Shown here: piece after piece, positions 1-12,057 of the stretch
How positions within the stretch are numbered: the first letter of the stretch is position 1
Layout: each line of letters begins with the position of its first letter
DNA from: Azolla caroliniana
Lineage: Eukaryota; Plantae; Polypodiophyta
Assembly: GCA_043228905.1 (NCBI GenBank)
Contig: JBHGNT010000001.1
Span: 5,828,001-5,892,000 of the forward strand
Direction: 5' to 3'
Length of the DNA stretch: 64,000 nt
Position numbers and translations under genes: made by a program
The notes under the pieces: generated by a model
Told to the model about the DNA's origin: nothing
The model's input: only the letters and a program-made list of their open reading frames with translations
Databases searched by the model: none

Positions 1-31
1 CAAGTTTAACGTGATTACCATATTGCACAAT

Positions 32-223
32 TTAGCTAGTTGCATTTATAACATATTTGGGGTCTTCATGAAAGTAATCAAGAGGCAAACCCTTCAAATA
101 ATTGCATAGCCCATGATAGATTTGGTCCATTAGTGCTTCATTATCTAAAGGAATATCATATGCAAGAGGTGAAAATCTACTATTTAAAATGAGGTAAGCT
201 AATTTACTTATCACAATATGCAT
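32..223 (-). pseudogene. Degraded gag fragment of the Tcn1-like chromovirus family
   Basis: FSPLAYDIPLDNEALMDQIYHGLCNYLKGLPLDYFHEDPKY aligns to FRLLASDIPWDDQALMEQFRYGLRNDVKDLLLTFPEEPKSL of the gag at 12058-13215. Confidence 0.7.
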
Positions 224-239
224 GGTTCTCTAGAAAATG

Positions 240-1850
240 TTAATGCGAGAAGGAAGAAGCTTCTTCTCTTATGGAGAAAGTTGCCCCTCTTTGCAGTGTC
301 AGATCAAGGGCCTCAATGGAACTATTGACTTCCATGGACCCTTCCTTGAATATTAGTACACCATGGCAGTGTACATCAACAAATTCCAACACCCGTTACA
401 AGTTCCTATATTTGATCTTAGGATTATTGTACATCATTGTACATTTTAAAAGTTGGCAGCTTCTGGGCAGATAAATTCAAGTTATAGCCTTCGGGCGTCT
501 TTTTAATACTATTGAAGAAAATCTTTCAAAAAAAAACTTATCACAATCTTTGAATCTTGTTTATCTCTATTCTCATAATATATCTAAAGCTTCTTGATAA
601 AAACCATCAAAATTTCTAGCAATTTCAACTTCTTTTCTGGAAATGATGCAAACCAAGTTAGTGACATCACTCTCAATAAGGTTTAGCTAACCAATGGCCA
701 CATTCAACTCCATTACCTTGAAATCGGATTTTCATCAACTGTTGGATTTTCTTCTTTGATACTCTTCCTTGGCTCTTCTTTAACTCAACTTTCTGATTTT
801 TCCTACTAAGTCTCACACATTTTACATATCGCATGGTGCATCACATACCTTCATTGTATTTCTTAAATGATCATGTTAAGCTCCATCAAGAAAGTGTGCT
901 ATGATATTTGTAATGTGCACATGAACATCACGACTTGAAACTTGGGGTATAGGCTCATCTTTAGTCCCTATCTCAGATAAAAGATGTCAACAAAATATTT
1001 TATGTAATCATCGACCAAATCAGATCCTTTCTTCAAAATCCCATACAATCTTATCATGTAAAACTTCGTTCAATGCAATGTTACTCTCATGTTTGTCCCA
1101 TAAATTCTTCCACATCTTCACTTACATTCACATTTTAATTTACCAAAAAGTAAACACTATCCCCAAGTTGGTCACATTGTCGTGTGTATTCCTACCGATT
1201 GCATCCATTCTTGCATCTAATTCTACAACTTGAATCTAATTCTTCTATATGGAGAATTTTGTGCAATGAAACATCGGGATTTTTAAGCTTCCACTCACTA
1301 GAGTTGTGAGGTTCCCTTGTGAACTCCCTATGTGCGAAGAGCTACTCATTAGTTCATATTGACAACATGGTATTTGGCTCAGACTCGTGAGATATATTAA
1401 GTCTTGCAATGTGTTTTTCTTCTTATCCCGTTTTAATACCACTAGTTGGATTTAGGTAACTTGGAAATCCAACTAACCCCTTAAGACATAAATATTTAAA
1501 ACCATAACTACACAAAAGAAGATATAACAATGACAATGTTATGATAATGCGAAAACACTCAAAGATACAAATTATAAATAAAACACAATACCATCAAAGA
1601 CAGAGTCTTAACCATTTACAATGTTGTGGACAAGAGATCTCTCTCTTGGTACACAAGATGAAAAGGACCAAAAAGATCAATGCTCTCCAAACCTAAGTTC
1701 CTCATATATATTATACTTGGGCATTAAAGATTCACTATAGCCTCTAAGTTTTCCTCTATACATCACTTACAAGGTTCACATCGATTAGCTTGAGTTAATA
1801 GGTTATCCATACTAATAGCGTGAGACATTTATTCTCCTTAGTATATATTC
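240..1850 (-). mobile_element. Very old Ty1/copia relic (LTR, PBS and gag remnants)
   Basis: Minus strand has a degenerate tRNA-Met PBS-like AGTGGTATTAAAAC (about 1430-1443), followed by a copia gag-like peptide MWKNLWDKHESNIALNEV (about 1065-1116). Boundaries approximate. Confidence 0.4.
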
Positions 1851-3883
1851 TACACCTTTTCATGTTCCTCATATTTCGATTGAGCTAGAAGACATTGGCT
1901 TTCATTTGCCGCATGTAGTTTTCAAAGCCCCAAAAATGAAAGGTTGATTTCTCCTCAACCCTAGAGATAGAAAGTTGCATTTTTAATCACTATGTCCACT
2001 CGAGCTTCAAAATTAAGAACTAGTTTTTCCACCTCTTCTAAATTATATGATCAAATCTCCTTTCATGTCTAGGTACATGCTTAAATACATCTTTGCAGTT
2101 TCTTTTTTTTCCCAAAAAATGGGATACTTTCCCATTAGTAAGGAGAGAATGTTTGTAGTTCTTTTGAATCTTACTCATGACCATTGTCTATGTGTCCTAG
2201 GGCATCCATCAAGTGTAGATTCGGATTACTCCTTGATTCCAAAGATGATTGCTCAACTTCACATGTTATGCCTAGAAGATTTACGTTGGCACTAGTTAAA
2301 GCGCAAATGACCAATAACAATCTTGATTGCCTTATAATGGTGATTGTAGACACAACTTACAATAGGTTGATGGTGGATAACAAGAGAAAAAAGAAGATAA
2401 AAACACTTGTCTTTATAAATTTTAAAAGGAAATGACAGACAACCACTTTAGTACCACGATGAGGATATGGTAGTTTGGACTACAAAACAACATCACACTA
2501 ACTCACCACCAACGAAATGCCAAACAAAGTCACTTCCTCCAAGTTAAGTGGTTTGACACTCTTTAAATTCATATATGTCTAAAATCATGTCTTTCAATGA
2601 AGACAACCTTGATGGAAACTAACTCCATCTACAATGAGGCTAAGTTGAGAGATTGTCAAACTTGTGACTTCGATGGTTATAATTTGAAAAAGCAAGAGGT
2701 CGATTTTGTCCATGGCGGGGCTAGTTTTGACCTATGGGGCCAAATCAACGTATAATCTCATAGAGGGTTAGAGTTTAGAAACAAAGAAGAGGATTGTGAT
2801 TTTGAAGACAAAAATGAGAGAGTTGTGAAAGGGGATGAGAAAGAGGAGGGATTATTAAACTAGAGAGAAATAAAACATGCGTTCGTTAGTTCACAATATG
2901 TGCACACCTTTACAATGGAATGCCATTTTATCTTTAGGAGGTAAAATCATTTTCTTCACAACGATATCTTGTGCATATGTATGTTTACCTATGCTTGCTT
3001 TACTTTCTCCTCATATAAAACAATTTGTTGTTTGGCATAAGGAGGAGGAGGCACAATTAGTATTTGTGATATTTCTTACACATGTGAGTTAGAATACAAA
3101 ACACAACTTGAATCTAGTGATGAAGATGGTATGGAATGACAATTTTTGTTGGCTTACATCGTACATGGTGTTTGGTGCCTTGGGTCACCAAAATCTAGGA
3201 TGCGGTTTTGAAGATGCTAGTGGGGAATATTAGTACATGAATGAAATAAATAGCCTTTTGAGACCCATTGGTCCTCCATACATTAAAGAAAATTGATTGA
3301 TGAAGGGAAATGACTGGGATAATGGTGCCACGAGCATGTGTCTTGTTAAATTCAAGTGACAAAACATCTGTTTGTTAGGGGGGTGGGGGGCTATTTTTTT
3401 GCTCAATCATTGCCATAGAAAGTGGAGCAGTAAACTCGGGAAACATTGTAAGGTAAGATACGGCAAAGAATTTTCTGCGAATTGTGATATGATAGAATGA
3501 ACCAATTTTATGTGACCTACCATTTGTTAACCCCAATTTCATTTCCATCACATGTACTCTATGGTGGCAGCAGTAATAGTGAAAGTAGGCATCATTGGGC
3601 AATCATTAGGCACCCTACATCGAGGTGGTATCATTAGGCAATCGACTTCGAGGTGGTATGCGAGCAAATTTTAGATGGGCAAATTGTGTGGAAGAAACGA
3701 TAAAGGCAAGAGTATGATAGGCAAAATAGGTAGGCGATTTGTTCACATTGCTAAATGCCAAATAGAGAAAGGTAGGAGTAGTACTAGTAGTAGTAGTAGT
3801 AGAAGAAGAAGAAGCAGCAAGTAGTAATGAGAAGCCTAAATGAGTCCTCGTGTGTGTTTTAAAATTGGGTGGCAAGGGTTGGA

Positions 3884-3889
3884 CACGTG
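3884..3889. promoter_or_regulatory. G-box (CACGTG) upstream of LOX
   Basis: Exact CACGTG about 950 bp before the ATG. G-boxes are bHLH/bZIP (e.g. MYC2) sites; function here is unproven. Confidence 0.3.
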
Positions 3890-4187
3890 CATGATGGGTG
3901 GCGCTGAAAAAGCGTGATGCTGCTACAGCTGCTCTTTTTGGGAGGCAAATTAAACAAAATCCCCCCCCCCCAAAAAAAAAAACAAAAAAGAAGCAAAACT
4001 TGACAATCATATATTTGAAATGAAGAAAAACAGATCTTTATTGTGTGTGTGTTTTTTCCCCAATCCAATCATTAAAAATCGAACTGAGAAGAGAGAAATC
4101 GGCAAACAGAAAATACATAAAGGAGGACATCCAAAAAAAAAAAACATTTGTGGAAAATTTTAAAAAAAAAATTTGAGATGAAAAGGA

Positions 4188-4259
4188 TGGGGGGGGGGGG
4201 GGGGGGGTGTATGTGTGGTTTTAGTTAATTAATATAAAATAATTAATAAATGAAAAAAG

Positions 4260-4311
<52 letters not shown>

Positions 4312-4676
4312 TGAATGAGGAAAGGGCGAGCGAAAGAGAAGAAGGGAAGGGAAGGAAGAAAGGTAGGAAGAATGGATGAACGAGAAAGAGATGCGCGTTA
4401 AAGGCTGAAAGAAAGAAAGAGAGAAGGAAGAAGAATGAAGAATGAATAAATGAATGAATGAAGAAGAAGAAGAAGAAGAAGAAGAAGAAGAAATCCGTCG
4501 TTTCTCACCCCCCACGCCCCCCAGGGAGACCAGATCGCGTTCGAAGACCCTGAATGCACACCCACCCACCCACACTCTACTCACTTTTCGCTCACTATAT
4601 ATACGCCACCATCACCACTTCCTTCTTTACTTCACCCACCACCATCTCTCTCCCTCCCTCTCTCTCTCTCTCTGTC

Positions 4677-4702
<26 letters not shown>
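4188..4702 (+). repeat. Microsatellite-rich promoter/5'UTR: poly-G, (GA)n, (GAA)n, (CT)n
   Basis: G-run about 4189-4207, (GA)n about 4263-4306, (GAA)n about 4460-4492 and 4681-4701, CT tract about 4644-4673. Confidence 0.9.
4596..4603 (+). promoter_or_regulatory. Probable TATA box of LOX
   Basis: TATATATA followed by a pyrimidine-rich leader, 240 bp before the ATG. Confidence 0.5.
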
Positions 4703-4707
<5 letters not shown>

Positions 4708-4835
4708 CAAATCCCCCCCCTCTTAAAAAGACTGCCTCCCTCTCCTCCGCCTTCCCCTGCTTGCCCATTCCATTTTCTTCCATCCATATTCCAAACCCTC
4801 AGACATTCCTAGATTCATTTCCTCCTAATTGGGCC

Positions 4836-5358
4836 ATGTTTCACAGCTCAACCGCTTTGAGATCAGTCCCCCATCAGAACATCCCTCATTCCCTCCTCAA
4901 TCGCCATCATCCAAACAATACCAACACCATCTCTAACTCTACCTCTAGCACTAACACTAACACTAGCACTGCACAACCATTCCCTGACCTAAAACTCGGC
5001 GCCGCCGCTCGTTCCTACACCAGCGGCCCCAGCCATCAAAAGGCCAGCAATAATCCGGCGATCATCATCGAGCACCATAGCAGGCCGCAGCAGAGCCTGA
5101 GCGCAGCAGCGCCCGCACAGACCATCGGGGTGAAGAAGGTAAGGAGGACCACAGAGACCAACAGGCCAGCAGCAGGCGCCGCGCTCAGTACTGCGGCGGA
5201 CGCCTTGACCTTGACCTTGACCTTGACTGCGGTGGTGACTGTGCGACGGAAACGGCATCCATCGCCGAATGAGGTGGCCCTTGACCGGATCGATGCCATC
5301 GCTGACTCGGCTGGCCAAAAGGTCTTCCTGCAATTGGTCAGCGCTGACGTCGATAAGC
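4836..5358 (+). CDS. LOX: LOX exon 1 (transit peptide and start of PLAT domain)
   Basis: [10 protein letters not shown]...[15 protein letters not shown], donor C|GTAAGT. Confidence 0.85.
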
Positions 5359-8300
5359 GTAAGTATTACATTATTAACCCCCCCGGAACAAAAAAGAAAG
5401 AAAAATAAATAAAAATAAAAATCTTTTCTAATAATTCAAGTGACAAAAGACTATTATTTCTTTTACGGTCTTACACTCTATTTGGGTAAAAGAAAGACAC
5501 ATGTCTCTTTTACCCAAATAGAGTGTTAGGTGTGTATGCACTTGTTATTCATGTTTATCCCCCCATCCATTGGAAAAGAAGAAGAAGAAGAAGAAGAAGA
5601 AGGAAAAAATAAAACCCCTTATAGATAACGACTAGGTATTCGTTTTTTTATCGTGTATCATCCGATGTCAATGTCATGTGGACTCTACCACCCACTACCC
5701 ACTATAAAACATCATTCATTCCCCACATTGTTGATCGAGACATTGGGTATCTGTGCTAAATCATGCTAGAGGAGCCGAGGTTAGTGTAGTGTCTAATCCC
5801 CCCGCCCTCCCTTTGCCCGCCCTCCTTTTTCCTTTTCTTTTTCTTTTTCTATATGCTAGCCCCACCACAACATTGTATGTATGTACAGCTCCCAAAGTCA
5901 GAAGTCGAGAAAACCTCGTGGGTGCATGCGGAAAATGTGTTCTTTTGATCCCAACTAAAGGCCGCTAGCTTTGCTTCCCCTTCCTTTTGGGCTATATGTT
6001 TCCCTCGTTTTCAATTATGTCCTTCCCTTAATTGTTCTTTTAAGTTGTCGGTTTGCTTTAACCTCCCCTCCCCCCCCCCCCCCCCCCCGGGGTTCCCCTC
6101 ACCAAATAAAAACGTGTGTTTTGTGCTAAATTGGCTTTAATATGGTCCAGACACTGGCGTTGGAAAGAGGAGTAGCAAAGCTGCCCTTCAAGACTGGTCC
6201 CAAAAGGTGGACATCGTAGCGGACAAGATCCAATACATCGCTCGCTTTACTATCAACTCCAATTTCGGTACCCCAGCCGCGATCACCATCGAAAACAATC
6301 ATCAGAACGAGCTCTTCATCGAGACTATCGCGCTCACGGGGGTGCGCCCCAACTCGGCCGGCACCATCTTCTTCCCTTGCTACTCTTGGATCCAACCAAA
6401 GTATAAGACGAATTCGCGAGAGCGAGTGTTCTTCAGCAATGAAGCACTGCTGCCTTCACAAACCCCCGCCGGGTTGAAGGACTTGCGGGAGCAAGATAAA
6501 GCTTCGAAGCGTGGCAATGGGAAAGGGACCCGAAAAGAATGGGACACAATCTATGACTATGATGTCTACAATGATGTGGGTAATCCTGACAAGGACATTG
6601 GTCTAACTAGACCCATTTTGGGAGGCAGTGCCGAGTATCCATATCCTCGAAGATGCCGTACTGGCCGACGATCGACTAAGACATGTATGGATTCTTCGTA
6701 TTTTGGCTCTTATCAATCACAATATTGTCTTAGATACATATGTATTGCACAACCTGTTGGATATGCTTTTAACTTATTTGATTTGTGTATATTAGTAGCC
6801 AACGCAGAGCAACCCCTCGATGCCGGCACAAATTATTATGTCCCTAGAGATGAAGCTTTCCATGAGGTGAAGCAAGAGAGCTTCATTATGAATGTTCTGA
6901 AGGGAGCTGTACACCAAATGGTGCCTTTGGTAACGAGTAGCTTGAAAGAAGACTGCGATGATTTCCATTGCTTCCATGCCATCGACCAATTATACCAAGA
7001 AGGCATCAAACTAAGGAACTTTCAAACTGAGGAAAATGGGATAATCAAGGGATTGCCCATGTCCAGCACGATAAAGAATATTGAAAATTCGGCGAATCAA
7101 GTGTCAGAAGTGCTTCAATTTGCAGAGCCAAGTATTCTCTCAAGTAAGACCAATACTACACTTTTCAAAATGCAGATCATACAATATAATGTTCCCCCCA
7201 AAATCACATTGTAGATATGGAGATCGTGACACTGATGTTTGCAACTTTTAACCCATACAGGGGATAGATTTGCATGGATGCGAGATGATGAATTTGGTCG
7301 GCAAATGTTGGCCGGGGCGAATCCGGTGAACATTCAGCGATTGTCGGTACGCACACTAAGTCACACAAAAACAATGAAATTGTATTCTTGTTTTAAGTTT
7401 AAGCCTAACCACTAACTATGGTTTCACACAAATGTAGGAGTTCCCTCCTAAGAGTACATTGGATCCCGAGGTGTATGGACCTTCTACATCAGCAATTACA
7501 AAGGAACATTTCACTGGGCGTTTGGAAGGTCTTAGTGTGGAAGAGGTACACATTTATTATGGAATATGCTTTGCAAAAATGCTAGTATAACATTTCCCGA
7601 AAAAAAAAAGGTCATGTTGGTCAGAGATCTAAATGTTTCCTCTTTGGGTAACATATGTAGGCTATGGAGAAAGGGAAGCTATTTATCTTGGATTACCATG
7701 ATGCATATATGCCATTTGTGAACAAAGTGAATGCATTGGAAGGAAGAAAATTGTATGCAACTAGAACAATCTTGTTTCATACTAAGGCAGGAAGTATGCT
7801 TCCCCTAGCCATTGAGCTAAGTTTGCCTCCAGCTTCGAAAGGCAATACTAACGGAAGCCAAAGAGTGTTCACACCTGGCCAAGATTCAACTAGCCATTGG
7901 AAGTGGCAGCTAGCCAAGGCCCATGTGAGCTCTAATGATGCAGGATTCCACCAACTTGTCAATCACTGGTAAGCAAACGTGAGGAGAAGAAAACAAACAT
8001 AGGAATAATAAGTTTGTGATGTTAAGTGGATTTAGAGCATAACATGAATTATAGTTAGGATCATTAGTAAATCCTAGTACAAGTGATGTTTTGGTATAAT
8101 AGTAAATTTGTCTTTTGAATGTGCAATGCCTTAACCTTATGGGAGTATTAATGCCATGTGAATGTCAATAGATGTATAGGATTTTCTTGAAGTACATAAA
8201 GCGTTTTATATCTTCATTTATTTAGGTTAAGGAGTCATGCATCAGTGGAGCCTTATGTGATTGCAAGCCACAGGCAATTAAGTCGGATGCATCCCGTGTT

Positions 8301-9895
8301 CAAATTGCTCGAACCACATTTCCGTTACACACTAGAGATCAATGCATCTGCCCGCCAACTCCTTATCAATGCCGATGGAGTCATCGAGAATTGTTTCACA
8401 TCCGGTCCTTTCTCTCTTGACATCAGCGCTTATGCTTACTCTTCTCAATGGCGATTTGACCATGAAAGCTTACCAGCTGACCTCCTCAACCGGTAATAAA
8501 TAAAATCTAATTTATCTCTTCTTTTCTTTGACGTTTGGTTTCGTATACCTTAACAACAACTTTTATTTTTCTTCCCTATGTTCCTTTTCTTTAGTCTTTA
8601 GTTCTTTATATTGTTCTTCCCAATATAAAATGTAGATGAGTTATGTTGATCAAGTCATTTGTTTTAAACTTTCAAAGATACTGTCTTTTATTTTTCCCCT
8701 TCAATAGATTGGCTTGACTATAAAAATATCTTTAACTTTGCTAAATGATGGGCTTCCAACAATTTGGTTTGACCCCTGTAATATAGTAGACACGGAATTG
8801 AATTTTGACATTCTTTTCTTCATTAAATGTATGGGATTGACTTGACTACATTTTTATGCCCATAACATTTCTTCACACCATAAACGTTTCCCCTTTCCCA
8901 TATTTTTTTGATGAAAAACATTTATAGATTCCCAAACTGCCTACCAAAATGGTGGTTGTCTTCTAAATAACATTAAACAATTTATTGTATTCTACTTTTC
9001 ACAACTTTTACCCTCGTTTTTCTCATTCCTACATACCAAAATCCAAATGTCATTCACTTTTTTTACTTTATAATTTGTCAAATGTGATGGTGTACAAAAA
9101 AACAATACTATAACTCATTATAATTTCTTTGCTACTTGTAGAGGTATGGCCATAAAAGATGAGAATCAACCCAATGGTCTAAAGTTGGTATTGGAAGACT
9201 ACCCTTACGCGGCTGATGGGTTACTCATATGGAACGCAATAGAAATGTGGGTTGATGAGTACATCTCACTCTACTACGACAATCCTGAATCGATTGTGGC
9301 AGATGTTGAGATTCAATCATGGTGGGATGAGATAAAAAACAAAGGGCATCCTGACAAGAAAGATGAAGCATGGTGGCCAAACCTAAACACTCCTGAAGAC
9401 CTAAAAGGCATACTCACTACCATCATTTGGATAGTGTCAGGTTTCCATGCGGCTTTAAATTTTGGGCAATATGCCTATGCAGGATATGTGCCGAACCGAC
9501 CATCTATGACAAGGCGGCTAGTTCCTAAAGAGGGAACTCCAGAATATGATGAATTTTCAAGTAATCCTGAAGCTTTCTTCTTATCAACCATCCCTAACCA
9601 ACTCCAAGCTACAACCCTCATGACAGTTGTCGATTCCCTAAGCTCACACTCCCCTGATGAAGAGTATCTTGGGCAACGTGTGGCTAGTAAGTGGACTAAG
9701 GATCCACGTGTTATTGAGGCTTTTGAACGATTCTCTATGAGTATGGAAGTGGTGGAGCAAGCGATCAAATTGAGGAATGAAGACCCTTCACTAAAGAATA
9801 GGAATGGGGCTGGAGTAATGCCTTATGAGCTCCTCATGCCTACCTCAGGCCCAGGCAAGACTGGTAGGGGTGTCCCCAATAGCATCTCCATTTGA
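4836..9895 (+). CDS. LOX: Plastid-type (type II) linoleate 13S-lipoxygenase, 8 exons, about 975 aa
   Basis: Exons 4836-5358, 6151-6684, 6796(or 6799)-7143, 7261-7346, 7438-7545, 7661-7968, 8226-8492, 9142-9895. All introns are GT-AG and phases are consistent (2928 nt total). PLAT domain; IYDYDVYND and YPRRCRTGR motifs; iron ligands in [20 protein letters not shown] and C-terminal PNSISI. IENCF (Phe) indicates 13-LOX; Ala in EINASAR indicates S-specificity; the S/T/N-rich N-terminus resembles a transit peptide. Confidence 0.95.
5473..5526. repeat. Perfect 21-bp inverted repeat in LOX intron 1
   Basis: ACACTCTATTTGGGTAAAAGA (5473-5493) and its exact reverse complement (5506-5526), 12-nt loop. 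Confidence 0.9.
6151..6684 (+). CDS. LOX: LOX exon 2
   Basis: Acceptor CCAG|AC; TGVGKRS...FPCYSWI...YPRRCRTGR; donor T|GTATGG. Confidence 0.9.
6796..7143 (+). CDS. LOX: LOX exon 3
   Basis: YVPRDEAF motif; TAGTAG tandem acceptor; donor A|GTAAGA. Confidence 0.88.
7261..7346 (+). CDS. LOX: LOX exon 4
   Basis: 86-nt exon [24 protein letters not shown]. Confidence 0.92.
7438..7545 (+). CDS. LOX: LOX exon 5
   Basis: 108-nt exon [14 protein letters not shown]...LSVEE. Confidence 0.92.
7661..7968 (+). CDS. LOX: LOX exon 6
   Basis: KLFILDYHD...[22 protein letters not shown]. Confidence 0.93.
8226..8492 (+). CDS. LOX: LOX exon 7
   Basis: [19 protein letters not shown]...LPADLLNR. Confidence 0.93.
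9142..9895 (+). CDS. LOX: LOX exon 8
   Basis: GMA...DYPYAADGL...HAALNFGQY...GVPNSISI*. Confidence 0.95.
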
Positions 9896-10442
9896 AATAA
9901 ATTAACACTTAAGCTATATATTTAACCAACTGCGGCATTGTTGACCCCAAAAAAGGGATTAACTCAAATGCGAATCACGTGAAGTTATCCACAAACATTT
10001 CATATAACTTGTAACATTACACAACCTCTGATTTTTTGCGAGCCTTGGACCAAACATGAGGCCCAAATTCGGAAGGAGAGAGTATCGATGAATTGTCAAT
10101 ACGACATGTGATGTTCTCATGTCCTCTACATTTGAATATGGTTCAATTTTGATATGTAAATCAATCAAATAAATCTTTTACATTGGGCCCGTTTTCAGGA
10201 TTTGTGAAGGAGAAAACAATGCCATGAAGTATAATGTGTACACTATTGTATATCAATGATCATTTGTGCAATTTGTTCTAGCCATTGATTTTTATGGCTT
10301 CCATATTCTCACACATATAAATGTTCATATTCAATTGCATTGTTGTGGTCATTATTGCCCCAGAAGTCCAATTGTTTAGAAACATTAAAATAGGGCTCTC
10401 ACTTTCATAAACACTCTAAAACCTAAGATTTAGATTCATGTT

Positions 10443-10444
<2 letters not shown>

Positions 10445-10489
<45 letters not shown>

Positions 10490-10680
10490 ACGTCTTCTAA
10501 GACCAAAATTGGCCCATGAGATGATTGGTTTACAACAAAAATGGGGTATTTACCCATTGATCAAAAGTAAAATAAAAATAAAATAAAACTTAAGCTAAAG
10601 AGTTTTAGTAAAAAACATGTTCTATAAAGGAAATGGCTTTATAGTAGGCCTAGTTTCATTTCCATCCAAGTCTCTCGAAA

Positions 10681-10719
<39 letters not shown>

Positions 10720-10727
10720 TGTGTGTG
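10445..10727. repeat. (GA)n and (GA)n(GT)n microsatellites
   Basis: Runs at about 10445-10485 and 10685-10727. Confidence 0.9.
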
Positions 10728-11570
10728 TAGACTTTTGACACTAGAAGAAGATATTGTTTGCAACTTAGGTTCCAAGCATGATATGAGATTGTGGTTTGCC
10801 GTAGAGAATTTTTTTTTGTCACCTATACAAAAGAAAGTTTATGGGAAAAATGGGAGTGTTTGGCACATGTTGACATTTCGCTTGCCAAAGTGATGAAAGC
10901 TTAAAATAATAAATAAAACATATATTAGGATTCCCTAGGTCTCACTTTCTTAACAAGTAAACCTCCCTACCAAGACTCTCGTTTGAAAATTGAACTTCCA
11001 AGTTTGGTTCGCAAGACATTATACATATTGATATAAGTATATTTACATGTGAATTGGAATTTAAAGATATCCTTTGATTATGGGTTTTGTGCAATCCATT
11101 GACAATGCACAAGGTTATTTTTTAAATGTTGAATTTTAATTATATATAGAGAAAAGTTATGGAAACATGCATCTTATAATCAAACTTTACATTTACATGA
11201 TCGAGCAAAGTTAAGGTATTGTAAATGCCATGAAAAAGGTATTGAAGGTATTAGTGCATTGATTTGAATATTTCTTCCTTTCCCCTTCTTTCTTTATTTA
11301 TTTATGAAGGGTGACTATTCAACATAGTAACCTTTTTTCTCCAGAAACAAAACTCCTTCCATTAGTTATAAAATTTTACAGTTGTGAATGCTATATACAA
11401 ACCCCAAAAGGGACTCGATTGTTCCATCTTATGTGGAGGCCCACTAACTCAAGAAAGGGAGACGACAACCATTGTTGGATGAAGGCTAATTGTTGTCTTT
11501 CGGCTCCATTCAATCCGCCCGTGATGCCATCGTATTGGCTATGTAGCATCGCTACAACTTCACTTAATAT

Positions 11571-11859
11571 TGTCATGGCAAGACTCGAACCCATGACTTT
11601 ATGCTACATGGGTCGAGCTCTTACCATTAGATTAGGAATTGTATTTTGTAGGATATTATTTTCATTTATACTTTATCATTGAAAATTGATGTATATTCCA
11701 GATCTCTCTGGAACATTCTAGAAGCTTCATGATTATTCCTAAAAACACTATAAAAGGAGGCACAAGGCATTGTTTTGAACCAAATTGGTTCAACGCCAGT
11801 CTTAAGCCTTTTAGCCACCGTTGTATATTCTCTTCATATAATAAATATCTTTCTTATCA

Positions 11860-11898
<39 letters not shown>

Positions 11899-12002
11899 GT
11901 CTCGCTCACTTCTTCCTTCTCTCGAAGAAGTTCCACACCTCTCATAGTACTAATCCTTCGTTTAGTACTAATTCCTTCTCTGTCTCAGTACTGTTCATGA
12001 CA
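11571..12002 (+). repeat. 5' LTR of the Tcn1-like element
   Basis: Direct repeat of 16796-17227; TATAAAA at 11749. Confidence 0.97.
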
Positions 12003-12057
12003 GTTTGAACCAATTTTCCTACCTTCTGTCTCATCCTCCTACCCTTTCCCCTATACT

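Noticed and set aside
1900-3600. Possible TE or gene remnants upstream of LOX
   Set aside because: Too degraded; no motif could be supported.
3615-4726. ORFs with poly-S, poly-E or SL repeats
   Set aside because: Translations of simple repeats.
4554-4835. Longer in-frame N-terminal extension of LOX from the ATG at 4554
   Set aside because: It starts upstream of the likely TATA box and only translates microsatellites; ATG 4836 gives a plausible transit peptide.
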